Part shown: piece by piece, positions 28,904 to 38,781 of the stretch | Layout: each line of letters opens with the position of its first letter | Position numbering within the stretch: position 1 is the stretch's first letter | Origin: Spirochaetota bacterium | Lineage (GTDB): Bacteria; Spirochaetota; UBA4802; UBA5550 | Length of the DNA: 64,000 bases | Assembly: GCA_963663865.1 (NCBI GenBank) | Contig: OY760686.1 | Span: forward strand, 352,001-416,000 | Reading direction: 5' to 3' | Notes under the pieces: generated by a model | Told to the model about the DNA's origin: nothing | Seen by the model: the letters and a program-made list of their open reading frames with translations, nothing else | The model's database searches: none | Made by a program: the position numbers and the translations under genes

Positions 28904-29611
28904 ATGAGAGCTGTTATTCTTGCCGGAGGTCTCGGCACAAGGCTAAGACCGTATACAACATTAATTCCCAAACCCCTTGTTCCTATCGGGAATGAGAAGT
29001 CAATTTTAGAAATAATAATTAAACAACTGGCTGATAGTGGTTTCAAACATATAACTATCACTGTTAATCATTTGTCAAATTTAATAATGGCATTTATTGG
29101 CGATGGATCCAGGTGGAATATTAAGATTGATTATTCACTTGAAGATAAACCATTAAGTACAATTGGCCCCTTAACATTAATTGATGATTTGCCAGATAAT
29201 TTTTTAGTTATGAACGGGGATATTTTATGTAATCTTAATTATAGCGACTTTTTAAGGTATCATATCTCAAACGATAATAAAGTCAGTGTGGCAACATATA
29301 AAAGAGATTCGAAAATTGACTTCGGCGTACTTGAGTATAATGAGAAAAATGAAATTTCAGAGTTTAAAGAAAAACCGATTTATCATTTTGATGTAAGTAT
29401 GGGTATTTATACTATACATAGATCTGTTATAGAAGCAATTCCAAAGGGACAAAAATATGGTTTTGACAACCTAATGATAGATGGGCTTAACGGGAATAAA
29501 AATTATAAGGTTTACCCGTTCAATGGTTTCTGGCTTGATATTGGTCGACCTGAGGATTATGATTATTGTAATGAAAATTATGATAAGATAAAGGAAAAAC
29601 TGAACTTTTAA
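28904..29611 (+). CDS. Sugar-1-phosphate nucleotidyltransferase (GDP-mannose pyrophosphorylase/PtmE-like, no CBS domains)
   Basis: AVILAGGLGTRLRPYT..IPKPL, MNGDIL, FKEKP, WLDIGRPEDY. Confidence 0.88.
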   Translation: MRAVILAGGLGTRLRPYTTLIPKPLVPIGNEKSILEIIIKQLADSGFKHITITVNHLSNLIMAFIGDGSRWNIKIDYSLEDKPLSTIGPLTLIDDLPDNFLVMNGDILCNLNYSDFLRYHISNDNKVSVATYKRDSKIDFGVLEYNEKNEISEFKEKPIYHFDVSMGIYTIHRSVIEAIPKGQKYGFDNLMIDGLNGNKNYKVYPFNGFWLDIGRPEDYDYCNENYDKIKEKLNF

Positions 29612-30459
29612 TGAAAAAAATACTGATAACGGGAGCTTCAGGAGCATCTGGTACTGCTTTAATAGAAAAACTTAGAACCGAGGACTCCAATAATAATTTG
29701 AGTTTGTGTGATATACAAAATCCTAATGGGCAAACCAATGAAGAAAAATTTTATGAATTAGATTTAACAGATTTTAGTCAAGTTGATTCAATAATAAAAA
29801 AAATACAACCTGAAGTAATCTATAATCTAGCTGGTTCTTTTACAAATAATTATGAGATTGACTATAAAATAAATGTAGATATTCCAAGAAATCTCATTGA
29901 TTCAGTAATTATTAATAACTTATCGACAAGAATTTTATTGATTGGCAGTGCTGCGGAATATGGAGAAATTTTGAAAAATCCGGTTTCTGAATCAGATCCC
30001 CTGAGGCCAATAACAGTTTATGGTTTAACAAAAGTATATCAAACACAGATGATGAATTACTATTTTAAGGTAAAAAAAATTGATGTATTGATGGCCAGAC
30101 CCTTTAATCTCTTATCTAAAGGTATATCTAAAAATCTATTTATCGGAAGGCTGTATCATCAGATTGAACTGTATCAGAGAGGAGAAATACAAAAGATTCA
30201 ATTGGGGAATCTGGCAAATAAACGAGATTACATAAGTATACATGAAGCTGTTGAAATGTATCGGTGTATTATGGATAAGGGAAAGTCTGGAGAAGTTTAC
30301 AATGTTGGAAGTGGTAAATCCATAAGGATACAGGAACTATTGATCGACATTCTGAATTCAAAAGGATTAACTATGGATATTATTGAATCAAAAAAATTTT
30401 CAAGTAAATTTGATGTAGAAGAAATCTATGCGGACTTGAATAAATATAATAGTTTGTAG
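29611..30459 (+). CDS. NAD(P)-dependent SDR, Rmd-like 4-keto-6-deoxysugar reductase
   Basis: ITGASGASG, IGSAAEYG, YGLTK, ARPFN, LGNL..KRDY, GEVYNVGSG. Confidence 0.75.
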   Translation: MKKILITGASGASGTALIEKLRTEDSNNNLSLCDIQNPNGQTNEEKFYELDLTDFSQVDSIIKKIQPEVIYNLAGSFTNNYEIDYKINVDIPRNLIDSVIINNLSTRILLIGSAAEYGEILKNPVSESDPLRPITVYGLTKVYQTQMMNYYFKVKKIDVLMARPFNLLSKGISKNLFIGRLYHQIELYQRGEIQKIQLGNLANKRDYISIHEAVEMYRCIMDKGKSGEVYNVGSGKSIRIQELLIDILNSKGLTMDIIESKKFSSKFDVEEIYADLNKYNSL

Positions 30460-30520
30460 TTTTTCTTTAAAAATGATTGGCTTGTATTTAATTTTAAGAT
30501 TTCCTTAGCTAACCCACACA

Positions 30521-31684
30521 ATGAATAAAGTAATCATTATATCAAACAGTCCCCTTGAACAATTATCCAGAGATTTTATTCTTAATCTAAGAGTTATATC
30601 TAACATTGATTCTCCATCAATAAAGAATTCCTATGATGTTATTATAAGAGACTTGAACAGTCTGAAACTTAAAGATCTGCGCGATGCTTCCGTGATTGTT
30701 TTCAATAGAGCTGCTTTTTTCAGCAAAGCTGTTTTCCCTCTGTTGAAAGCGGCAGACAAACTGGAAATAGGTATTGTATTTGATATAGATGACTATTTGC
30801 TGGAGGTTCCAGATTACTCTGCTTCAAATTCTGCCTACCGTTCAAAAATGAGTCTTTTCGCGAAGAACATGAAATTTGCGGATGTGGTCACAGTTTCTAC
30901 AGCTGATCTTGCCTCCGAGATGAATTCTTACAGCAGCAATACAATTGTTGTTCCAAATACTCTCGAGTTAGGGAAGCTTCCCAAAAGAAAGGACTCCGCA
31001 ACAAAACCTGTCAGAATTCTGCTTTCTTCCGGCGACAATCTGAAGATACGAAGTTTCAGAGAGGATTTTTTTAAAGTAATCTCAGATGTAAAAACACGCT
31101 ATAAAAACCGTGTCGAGTTTATCCTTGTGGGACGATTTGATAATTTGATGTTAAAAGAAGGTATATTTGATAAAACCTTCCCTCATATGAAACATGAAGA
31201 ATACGGGAGATTTCTCAATAACTTAGGTGCGGATATAGCCCTTGTTCCGTTGGGTGGGAAAGAGGATCCTGAGACTTATAGAATGCACAGATGCAAGTCC
31301 AATATCAAGTTTCTGGAAAACGCCCAGTACGGGATTTGTGGAATCTATTCACAAGTGGAACCTTACTTTTCAGCAGAGAACATGGTTGACGGTCTGGTCG
31401 TTGAGAACAGCTATGCATCATGGTTTGAGGCACTTTGTTTGCTCATTGACAACGACAGACTAATAGAGAAAATACGGACAAACGCTTATATAAAGGCGGT
31501 GTCATCTTTCAGTAAAGAGGTTTCTCAACGCGCCTGGCTGCAGCTGCTTGAAAAAGCAGTTAAGAAAGGAAATCAGAAGTGTTGTTTCTCAAGCAGGTTG
31601 ATATCATCACACCTATGCTTTTTGCAATATAAAAGTTATATTTTTACGAAGAAAACTATTCGTTTTTTCCTCTCCCTAGAATAA
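30521..31684 (+). CDS. GT-B glycosyltransferase
   Basis: VFDIDDYL, ADVVTVST, VVPN, DIALVPL, CKSNIKFLE. Confidence 0.8.
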   Translation: MNKVIIISNSPLEQLSRDFILNLRVISNIDSPSIKNSYDVIIRDLNSLKLKDLRDASVIVFNRAAFFSKAVFPLLKAADKLEIGIVFDIDDYLLEVPDYSASNSAYRSKMSLFAKNMKFADVVTVSTADLASEMNSYSSNTIVVPNTLELGKLPKRKDSATKPVRILLSSGDNLKIRSFREDFFKVISDVKTRYKNRVEFILVGRFDNLMLKEGIFDKTFPHMKHEEYGRFLNNLGADIALVPLGGKEDPETYRMHRCKSNIKFLENAQYGICGIYSQVEPYFSAENMVDGLVVENSYASWFEALCLLIDNDRLIEKIRTNAYIKAVSSFSKEVSQRAWLQLLEKAVKKGNQKCCFSSRLISSHLCFLQYKSYIFTKKTIRFFLSLE

Positions 31685-32846
31685 TCTGGCATAATCTATC
31701 GAGATCAGCCTTCTGTCTCTTTGCAATCTCATGCTGCCGTTGTTTGCCGAGAATAGCGTATTTTTCATGTATGTCTCTGTCTGTATGAATCATAATCAGA
31801 CGGTTTTTTATCTCATCCTTTGAAAATGGGTTAAAATAGATAACGCTGTCTCCGCAGACCTCCATTGTTGAGGATATTGCCGAGCAAAGCACGGGTGTCC
31901 CGTGCCGCATGGCCTCAACAGGGGGATATCCAAAGCCTTCATTTAGTGTTGGATAAATAAAGGCGTACGTGTGTTTGTAGAGAGCCTCGAGCTCCCATGA
32001 TTCAAGATAGCCTGTTTTAATGAACTGATCAGGGTTCTTAATTTTATACCCCCGCAAAGGCTTTTTTGGCATTCCAGCTATAACTGTTTTTTTTCTGAAT
32101 CCGGGATTTTCAGAGTAAAGTTCATCAAGGGCCCTGATTGCCCTGTATGCGTTTTTGATCCACCTGTCGGCAGAGATTATGAGGTAGTAGCTTTTAGAAG
32201 AAACTGATATTGCGTTCAGAAATTCTGATTCGTTGGCGCTTTCTATTTTCGTTACAGTTTTTTCAGGAGGATAAAGTACAGTAATATCTCTTTGTGTTAT
32301 AAAAGGAAAAAAAGACAGCATGGAAAACATTGAATGTTTAGATACTGTAATGATCTCTGTTTTATCCGAGTATATAGATAACAGTGATTTCATTCTTTTA
32401 GTCTGTAGATGTTTGTAGAAATTCGGCAGCTTTGATTTTATAAAAACCCTGATTCGCTTTTTTATGTTTCTTGAATAGCGCCACTCTTCAGAGTCGGAGG
32501 GCATTTCAAGATCGCGAAGTCCGTGTACCGTGAAAATAAAATCTGTTTCAAACTTGCAATCATGATATCTGTACGCGAGAGCTGAATAGAATCTTGAATA
32601 TTTATCTGATTGTAGGAGCGATTCAATATTGCCAGTAGTTGTTACTGGAATTAATTCAACATTGTTTTCACCGGCGAGTTTCAGGAAATCCGGATGTATC
32701 CAGCTTTTTGGGTCGTATATACATGATATTGTTTCATGCTTCTTGAGTTCAATGAGTCGTGAAAAAACAGTCCAGGCATATTCGCCGGCTCCGTGGTATT
32801 TACCCTGACTGGGCTGAAGAGCAGTTGCATCGAATAGTATTCTCAT
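31656..32846 (-). CDS. GT4 glycosyltransferase
   Basis: RILFD, TVHGLR, ITVS, IKN, YPTLNEGFGYPPVEAM. Confidence 0.88.
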   Translation of the reverse strand: MRILFDATALQPSQGKYHGAGEYAWTVFSRLIELKKHETISCIYDPKSWIHPDFLKLAGENNVELIPVTTTGNIESLLQSDKYSRFYSALAYRYHDCKFETDFIFTVHGLRDLEMPSDSEEWRYSRNIKKRIRVFIKSKLPNFYKHLQTKRMKSLLSIYSDKTEIITVSKHSMFSMLSFFPFITQRDITVLYPPEKTVTKIESANESEFLNAISVSSKSYYLIISADRWIKNAYRAIRALDELYSENPGFRKKTVIAGMPKKPLRGYKIKNPDQFIKTGYLESWELEALYKHTYAFIYPTLNEGFGYPPVEAMRHGTPVLCSAISSTMEVCGDSVIYFNPFSKDEIKNRLIMIHTDRDIHEKYAILGKQRQHEIAKRQKADLDRLCQIILGRGKNE

Positions 32847-33844
32847 TTGTTTCTCCTTATGGCTTTTGATATAATAACTAAAAAAGCCCTGAATGACTTC
32901 TTATGTATTGTCCTCCAAAAGGCCCTGGAAAATCTGAAGAACAGAGGTAATGCTGCAAATGGTCCCATATGCTTGAAGTAAAAACGTATTGCGCCTCTCG
33001 CGGTGTGAATATCCCGGAAGTTTGAATTGGTGAGGTTAACTCTGTTTGTGCTTGAATTGTGTTTGTGGAGAACGGTGCTATCTTCTGCAACAGCAAGATG
33101 GTATCCTTTCTTTTTAGCTCTAACACAGAAATCAGTATCTTCCCAGTACATAAAGAAGTTTTCATCAAGCAAACCGACCTCCTTGAATGCCGCGGCCGGA
33201 ACAAGAAGACTGGCTGCTGTCAGATAGTCAAATTTCCCCTTATGTTTTAGAGAATATGAGTTTCCGGTAATATAGCTGAATCGGCCTCCGCCATAAGCCT
33301 GGATTTGATCCGGGCGATCGTAAAAGTAGAGAACAGATCCTACGAGCACCTTGCTCCTCTCCAGTTTAATGGCTTTTCTTATGAGAGCATGGAGCGAATC
33401 AGGAAAAACAATTGTATCGTTGTTGAGTATCCAGATATAGCTGCAGCCCGAGTTAAGAGCGGATTTTATGCCGATATTATTTCCGCTGGCAAAGCCCTGG
33501 TTTTGAGAATTTTTTATTAGTGTGATCTGAAAATCTGCGTGGAACTCGGCTTTTTTTTCATTTAGAATATCTGATTCTGTATTGTTTATGTACTGGTAAT
33601 TCAGTGGCTTTTTGCTGAGTGGAAGGCTCTGGCTGTCAAAATGATATTTGCCTTTTCCCTCCTCAAGCCATTCATTTATCCTGATAACGGATTCGTCTTC
33701 TGAATTGTTGTCGACAATAATAATTGTATATTCAAAAGCTAAGTCTGCCGGTACGTAAATTTTCAGTAAACTTTCAATACATTGTATTGTGTCTATATAT
33801 CCATTGTAGTTAAGCAGGACAATTCCTATTTTGTTAATCTTCAT
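32843..33844 (-). CDS. GT2 glycosyltransferase (rhamnosyltransferase-like)
   Basis: LLNYNG..DT, VDNNS, N.GFASGNN, WILNND, GLLDENFFMYWEDTD. Confidence 0.88.
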   Translation of the reverse strand: MKINKIGIVLLNYNGYIDTIQCIESLLKIYVPADLAFEYTIIIVDNNSEDESVIRINEWLEEGKGKYHFDSQSLPLSKKPLNYQYINNTESDILNEKKAEFHADFQITLIKNSQNQGFASGNNIGIKSALNSGCSYIWILNNDTIVFPDSLHALIRKAIKLERSKVLVGSVLYFYDRPDQIQAYGGGRFSYITGNSYSLKHKGKFDYLTAASLLVPAAAFKEVGLLDENFFMYWEDTDFCVRAKKKGYHLAVAEDSTVLHKHNSSTNRVNLTNSNFRDIHTARGAIRFYFKHMGPFAALPLFFRFSRAFWRTIHKKSFRAFLVIISKAIRRNK

Positions 33845-34270
33845 TGTGTATTTACCGATGATTTTTATTAAAAGACTAGAAAAAAAATAAATAGCTCAAA
33901 GCTGCTTTTATTCGAATTATGGATGATAATCTATTTGAGATTAGGTTTGCAATATTTTTAAAAATTTATTCATGCTGGCGGTTAAATTATATTGAATATT
34001 AAAAAATAATAAAATCGATTGATGTATAGGCAAAATAACATATACGAGCAGTTTGTGAGGAGAATATTGCTGATATAGCATTTACATTATCTCCCTGTTT
34101 TATGAGTTCAAGTTTTTCGTTCTTGTCATTAAATGCATTTTTTTTATTTTGTGCTATACTTCTTAGTAGGATATTATATTTTTATTGACGCTGTATGCCT
34201 TTGGGAAGAAAAGAGTTCATTTCAAGGGTCTTGTCCTTGTTAAGCAAATTATCGGTTTTTAACAGGAAAT

Positions 34271-35452
34271 TTGATGCAAAACAAAGTATATACCGCACCA
34301 GCGGACGAAGGGCGGATGTTCAGCGCAGGGTCATTTCTGAGCCGGAACGTTGCGTCCAGATATCGCAGCAGGTCAAAGCAGAAGAGTCCTGTTATTGCTA
34401 TTATTTTTCCCAAGGATTCCGAGTCCGTTTTCAATAATTCACAGAAAACATTTGGCGGGGCCACTGTTCAGCTCTACAACTACGCCTCTGAGCTTGCAAA
34501 AAGCTATGATGTCCACGGCCTGATAAACATATACGACGATATTGATCCTGCCGCACATACAAACTTTAAACTTGATTTTACCTTCAGAAGATCCGATTAT
34601 TTTATCTTTAAAATCTTCCGTTTTTACCGTGTGCTAAGAAAAATTAAACCGGATGTTATCATTCAGAGGGGGCTCACATATATGTCTCCCCTTCTGGCGT
34701 GTTTATGCAGATTGTGCGGAATCAGGTTTATTTTCATGTATGCGCATGACCGCGAGGCCCGGGGGAGATTTCAGCGTACAGATATGCTGAATATTTTATA
34801 TCCGCTTCTGCTCAGGTTTTCCCATGCCCTCATTGTGCAGAACGGATATCAACAGGGATTGATAAAAGAAAAGTATTCCGCCAAAACACATAAGATAAGA
34901 AATGGTTTCAAAATAGAGGAAGCTGATGAGTCGGTTAAACAGTCTGTTCTGTGGGTAAGCCGGCTTGAGCCCTGGAAAAGGCCTGAGGTCTTTATTGAGC
35001 TTGCTGAAAGAATGCCTGAACGGAACTTTATCATGATAGCTCCCAGGGTCAACGGCTTTGAAGAATACGCTCAATCGATATATCAGAAGGCAGAGAAGGT
35101 CGGAAATATTGATCTGCATCGGTTTGTTCATTTTGATGATATTGATTATTTCTTCCGGCAGGCCCGGGTTTTCGTTAACACTTCAATGGAGGAGGGTTTT
35201 CCGAACACGTTTATTCAATCCTGCAAACATAGAACTTCAATAGTGTCCCTGTGCGTCAACCCGGATGGGTTTATTGATAACAGCAACGTAGGCTTCTCAT
35301 GCAACAACGACAAAGAGCATCTCTTTGAATGCGTTAACAGGATATTTACAGACCGCCAGCTTGCGGAAAAATTCGCGGAAGGGGCATATCTCTATGCCAA
35401 AAACAACCACAATATTGAAGTAAACGTTAAGCTTCTGCAGGAACTTTTTTAA
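34271..35452 (+). CDS. GT4 glycosyltransferase (start uncertain)
   Basis: FGGATVQ, PDVIIQR, WVSRL..WKRPE, NTS.EEGFPNTFIQS. Confidence 0.85.
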   Translation: MMQNKVYTAPADEGRMFSAGSFLSRNVASRYRSRSKQKSPVIAIIFPKDSESVFNNSQKTFGGATVQLYNYASELAKSYDVHGLINIYDDIDPAAHTNFKLDFTFRRSDYFIFKIFRFYRVLRKIKPDVIIQRGLTYMSPLLACLCRLCGIRFIFMYAHDREARGRFQRTDMLNILYPLLLRFSHALIVQNGYQQGLIKEKYSAKTHKIRNGFKIEEADESVKQSVLWVSRLEPWKRPEVFIELAERMPERNFIMIAPRVNGFEEYAQSIYQKAEKVGNIDLHRFVHFDDIDYFFRQARVFVNTSMEEGFPNTFIQSCKHRTSIVSLCVNPDGFIDNSNVGFSCNNDKEHLFECVNRIFTDRQLAEKFAEGAYLYAKNNHNIEVNVKLLQELF

Positions 35453-35663
35453 TACTTTAATAAAGCCCTCCCTATGATTAATTGTTTTTTTCTTGCGGAA
35501 AGAACACCAGTCTGAGAAAAAAAGTATGCGTCATATTTCAGTATAAACTGATTATTATTTTAATGCTTCCTGGTTCCCGGAGCTCGTATTGCGGTATAAG
35601 AGAAGGGGGTTTCACGGGCCGGGGGCGATAAGATATAAATATTATCAGCTGTTGGTAATCAAT

Positions 35664-36041
35664 TTGAAAAAAACTGTAATACTAATCTCAATTCTCTGTC
35701 TTCTGGTGGGCTTCATCTTCTTTTTGAATCATGATTTAATGACCCCCTATGTTTCCATTAAGGACGCGAGAGAAACTGGGGGCGAGTATGTCCAGATTGT
35801 CGGGCGTCTTGACAGATCCAGAAGGATAAGGACACATAAGGACGGCAGCTATTCCTTTACTGTCGGGGATCATGAAGGTGAAAGAATGCAAATCCGGGCC
35901 GTGGGAGAGAAGCCTGAAAAAATGGAGCTCTTTGAGCAGTTCGTTATTATGGGAAGATATGATAAAAAGAAAAAGCTTTTTAAAGCGGATAAAGTAATCA
36001 CGAACGATACTCTAAAAACAACGGATAAAACCAGAGACTAA
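35664..36041 (+). CDS. CcmE-like OB-fold membrane-anchored protein lacking the haem-binding motif
   Basis: TTG start (MKKTVILISIL...), N-terminal TM, TPYVS..A, VQIVG.L, F.V.D, KP......Q.VIMG.Y, FKADKVIT; no H/C-xxx-Y at the end. Confidence 0.6.
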   Translation: MKKTVILISILCLLVGFIFFLNHDLMTPYVSIKDARETGGEYVQIVGRLDRSRRIRTHKDGSYSFTVGDHEGERMQIRAVGEKPEKMELFEQFVIMGRYDKKKKLFKADKVITNDTLKTTDKTRD

Positions 36042-36049
36042 TCAAAGAG

Positions 36050-37042
36050 TTGAAGAGGTTTTTCTTTTCACAGGAAAGCTTGATAATGGTACAAATAAGA
36101 AATCTGAGTAAATACTATTCCGGCAAAAAAGGCGGTTTTTTGCAAAAACCGTCTGTTGTCAGAGCGCTTGACGGCATCAGTCTGGATATCGCAAAAGGAA
36201 CGACTATGGGCCTTGTAGGAGAAAGCGGAAGCGGCAAAACGACTGCCGCGAGGTCTATTCTCAGGCTGATTGAGCCGGATAATGGCTCTGTTCTTCTTGA
36301 CGGAACTGATGTGCTTTCCCTCAAAAGAGAAGAGCTCAGAGCTTTCCGTAAAAAAGTACAGATAGTGTTTCAGGACCCTTACAGCTCTCTTAATCCCAGA
36401 CTGACGGTTGAGAAGATAATTGCCGAACCGTTAAAAATTCATACCAACCTTTCGAAAGAGGACATTCAAGAAAGAGTCCGGGAACTTCTGAAAATTACAG
36501 GTCTGAAGGAAGAACATGCAGTCCGTTATCCCCACGAGTTTAGCGGCGGTCAGAGGCAGAGGATCGGCATTGCAAGAGCAATTGCTTTAAATCCTTTATT
36601 TATTATACTGGATGAGCCAGTTTCAGCCCTGGATGTCTCTATTCAGGCACAGATATTGAATCTCCTGATGGATCTGCAGAAACGGCTTGATATTACATAT
36701 CTCTTTGTTGCTCATGATCTGGCGGTTGTTGAGCATGTCAGCGACAGAGTCGCTGTAATGTATCTTGGTAAGATCGTAGAGGAAAATTCCGCATCAGGAT
36801 TGTATAGTGAGCCTCTTCATCCCTATACTTCGCTGCTTCTTAAATCAGTCCCCGAGGTAAGGCCTTCAAGGCACGGGTTTTCAGTCCCACCCGGAGAAAT
36901 ACCCTCTCCAGAAAATCCTCCGGCAGGCTGTCATTTTCATCCGAGATGTCCCAGGGCGATGGATATTTGCAGCAAGGAGTACCCGGAATTCCGTTATGTT
37001 GGTTCTTGCAGAGTCGCGTGTCATCTTTATTCGTCAGATTAG
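36050..37042 (+). CDS. Oligopeptide/dipeptide ABC transporter ATP-binding protein (OppF/DppF-like)
   Basis: GESGSGKT, VFQDPYSSLNPR, FSGGQRQRI, DEPVSALDVSIQAQ, HPYT, GCHFHPRCP...C...VACH; probable start ATG 36086. Confidence 0.92.
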   Translation: MKRFFFSQESLIMVQIRNLSKYYSGKKGGFLQKPSVVRALDGISLDIAKGTTMGLVGESGSGKTTAARSILRLIEPDNGSVLLDGTDVLSLKREELRAFRKKVQIVFQDPYSSLNPRLTVEKIIAEPLKIHTNLSKEDIQERVRELLKITGLKEEHAVRYPHEFSGGQRQRIGIARAIALNPLFIILDEPVSALDVSIQAQILNLLMDLQKRLDITYLFVAHDLAVVEHVSDRVAVMYLGKIVEENSASGLYSEPLHPYTSLLLKSVPEVRPSRHGFSVPPGEIPSPENPPAGCHFHPRCPRAMDICSKEYPEFRYVGSCRVACHLYSSD

Positions 37043-37080
37043 TTATTAGACTATTCCTTATTAAGTAACCGGAGTTTTGT

Positions 37081-37644
37081 GTGGATATTGTTTCAATTTT
37101 GGTCATTTCTGTCGCTCTGGCAATGGATGCTTTTTCGGTTTCTATATCGTGCGGTTTGACAATTGAGAAGCCCGTCCTGGGCCATTACATGAGGCTTGCT
37201 CTGTATTTTGGCGGATTCCAGTTTATAATGCCTCTAATTGGTTCATTTGCCGGGAAGCATGCCGGCAACTTGATCTCAAATTACGCGAAATGGACGGCTT
37301 CAGGCCTTTTGATTATAATAGCAGGCAAGATGATCTATGAAGGGTTGAGAGGGGAATCCGAAGAGAAAAGAGTATCATGCCCAGACCCTTCAAGAGGGTT
37401 GACTGTAATAGGCCTGGCTGTCGCGACAAGCATTGACGCGCTGGCGGTCGGTTTTAGCTTTGGTATTCTCAGAAGGGATGTTTTGCTTCCAGCTGCCATA
37501 ATTGGTTTAACGTGCGCTATTTTTTCCGCCGCAGGACTCGCTCTGGGGGATAGAGCAAGTAGATACTTCAGTCGTGGTGGAGAGATTCTTGGCGGAATTA
37601 TGCTTATGCTTCTTGGTTTAAAAATTGCTGTCCAATCGATTTAA
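37081..37644 (+). CDS. mntP: Manganese efflux pump MntP
   Basis: ALAMDAFSVS, FGGFQFIMP, ATSIDALAVG, EILGG. Confidence 0.9.
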   Translation: MDIVSILVISVALAMDAFSVSISCGLTIEKPVLGHYMRLALYFGGFQFIMPLIGSFAGKHAGNLISNYAKWTASGLLIIIAGKMIYEGLRGESEEKRVSCPDPSRGLTVIGLAVATSIDALAVGFSFGILRRDVLLPAAIIGLTCAIFSAAGLALGDRASRYFSRGGEILGGIMLMLLGLKIAVQSI

Positions 37645-37679
37645 GCTAAAATCCTCATTGAATAAATCCCATAAAATAT

Positions 37680-37707
37680 GGAACCTGAAGGGGGTTGACG
37701 GGTCTTA
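37680..37707 (+). promoter_or_regulatory. ECF (sigmaE-type) promoter, probably autoregulatory
   Basis: GGAACC (37680-37685), 16-nt spacer, GTCTTA (37702-37707), upstream of the Spy-ECF-anti-sigma operon. Confidence 0.6.
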
Positions 37708-37753
37708 CCGACAAAGGCCGGCAGGAACTTTACAACCAGGGAGAAAAATAAAA

Positions 37754-38266
37754 ATGGAAAAATCAGTAAAAAAACCTATATTTATCGCGATGATATTTTT
37801 TTTATCATCGGCTGCTTTGTTCGCAGGTAACCATAGAGGACCGGCGGGCTGGGGAGAGCCCGGAGAACGTCCGGAAATGAGACACTCAATGCCTAAAATG
37901 GGGCCTATGGGGCCGCCAATGTTTTTTGGAAATCCTGAAAGGATGCAGGAGGATCTTAGTCTGTCAGACAGTCAGGTTGACAGAATCAGTAAGATTAACG
38001 TTGAGTACAGAGGCAGGTTTGTAAAGATTCTCGACAGCCTCGAACCTCTGCACATTGAGCTTTCAAGGTTGATTACAGCTGAAAAGCCCCAATTAGATAG
38101 CATTCGCAAAAAGCTTAAAGAAATATCCGGATATGAAATTGAAATGAAGCTGCTTCAGATTAGTCACAGAATAGATCTGGAGAAGATTTTAACAGCAGAA
38201 CAGCTTAAAAAGCTTGCAGAGGAAAGAAAGGAGCGCCGTAAAATGCACAAAGAGGGTAGACGCTGA
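37754..38266 (+). CDS. Spy/CpxP/ZraP-like periplasmic protein
   Basis: Start at MEKSVKK (RBS AGGGAG); signal peptide; Gly/Met/Pro-rich segment; LSLSDSQ and ILTAEQ (LTxxQ) motifs. Confidence 0.8.
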   Translation: MEKSVKKPIFIAMIFFLSSAALFAGNHRGPAGWGEPGERPEMRHSMPKMGPMGPPMFFGNPERMQEDLSLSDSQVDRISKINVEYRGRFVKILDSLEPLHIELSRLITAEKPQLDSIRKKLKEISGYEIEMKLLQISHRIDLEKILTAEQLKKLAEERKERRKMHKEGRR

Positions 38267-38268
38267 AG

Positions 38269-38781
38269 ATGAATGAAAAAGAGTTTGAACTGATTGTCAG
38301 AGACACAAAAGCAGTGGTTCTGACGGCTATTCAAAAAAACCTCAATAGCGAATTCTATCACTCGATTGACGATGTGGCCCAGGAGACTTATCTCCGGGCC
38401 TATCGTGGTCTAATGCAGAATAAGTTCAGGGGAGAAAGCACTTTAAGCACCTGGCTCTACGCTATCGCGAGAAACGAAGCAAGGCGAATGAACGAAAAGC
38501 TTATAAGAGAAGAAAGAAAATCCAGGAAAAAAGCTGAGCGAATTGAAGATGAGAAGATGAATCTCCCGGAATATTCCGAAGAAGACCTTTCTATTATGAA
38601 TGACGCGATTAAAGAATTACCAGATAAGTACAGAGGGGTCCTTGAGCTTTCAGCGGAAGGCCTTTCGGTGGAGGAAATTTCTAAAAAGCTGGAAATTAGA
38701 TCCGGCACGGTCAAATCAAGGGCATTTCGCGGGAGAAACATGCTAAAGGTTATTATGGGAGGTTATTCAAATGAACAGTGA
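38269..38781 (+). CDS. ECF RNA polymerase sigma factor
   Basis: DDVAQETYLRAY, FRGES.LSTWLYAIARN, LP..YR, GLSVEEIS..L.I..GTVKSR..RGR. Confidence 0.92.
   Translation: MNEKEFELIVRDTKAVVLTAIQKNLNSEFYHSIDDVAQETYLRAYRGLMQNKFRGESTLSTWLYAIARNEARRMNEKLIREERKSRKKAERIEDEKMNLPEYSEEDLSIMNDAIKELPDKYRGVLELSAEGLSVEEISKKLEIRSGTVKSRAFRGRNMLKVIMGGYSNEQ

Noticed and set aside
33970-33990. ops/JUMPstart-like GGCGGTT in the glycan locus
   Set aside because: Does not match GGCGGTAG, and no RfaH/NusG paralogue is in view.
35570-35628. G-U-rich possible stem-loop upstream of the CcmE-like gene
   Set aside because: Pairing depends mostly on G-U pairs in G-rich sequence; no known motif recognised.
37043-37080. yybP-ykoY manganese riboswitch upstream of mntP
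   Set aside because: The intergenic gap is only 38 bp.
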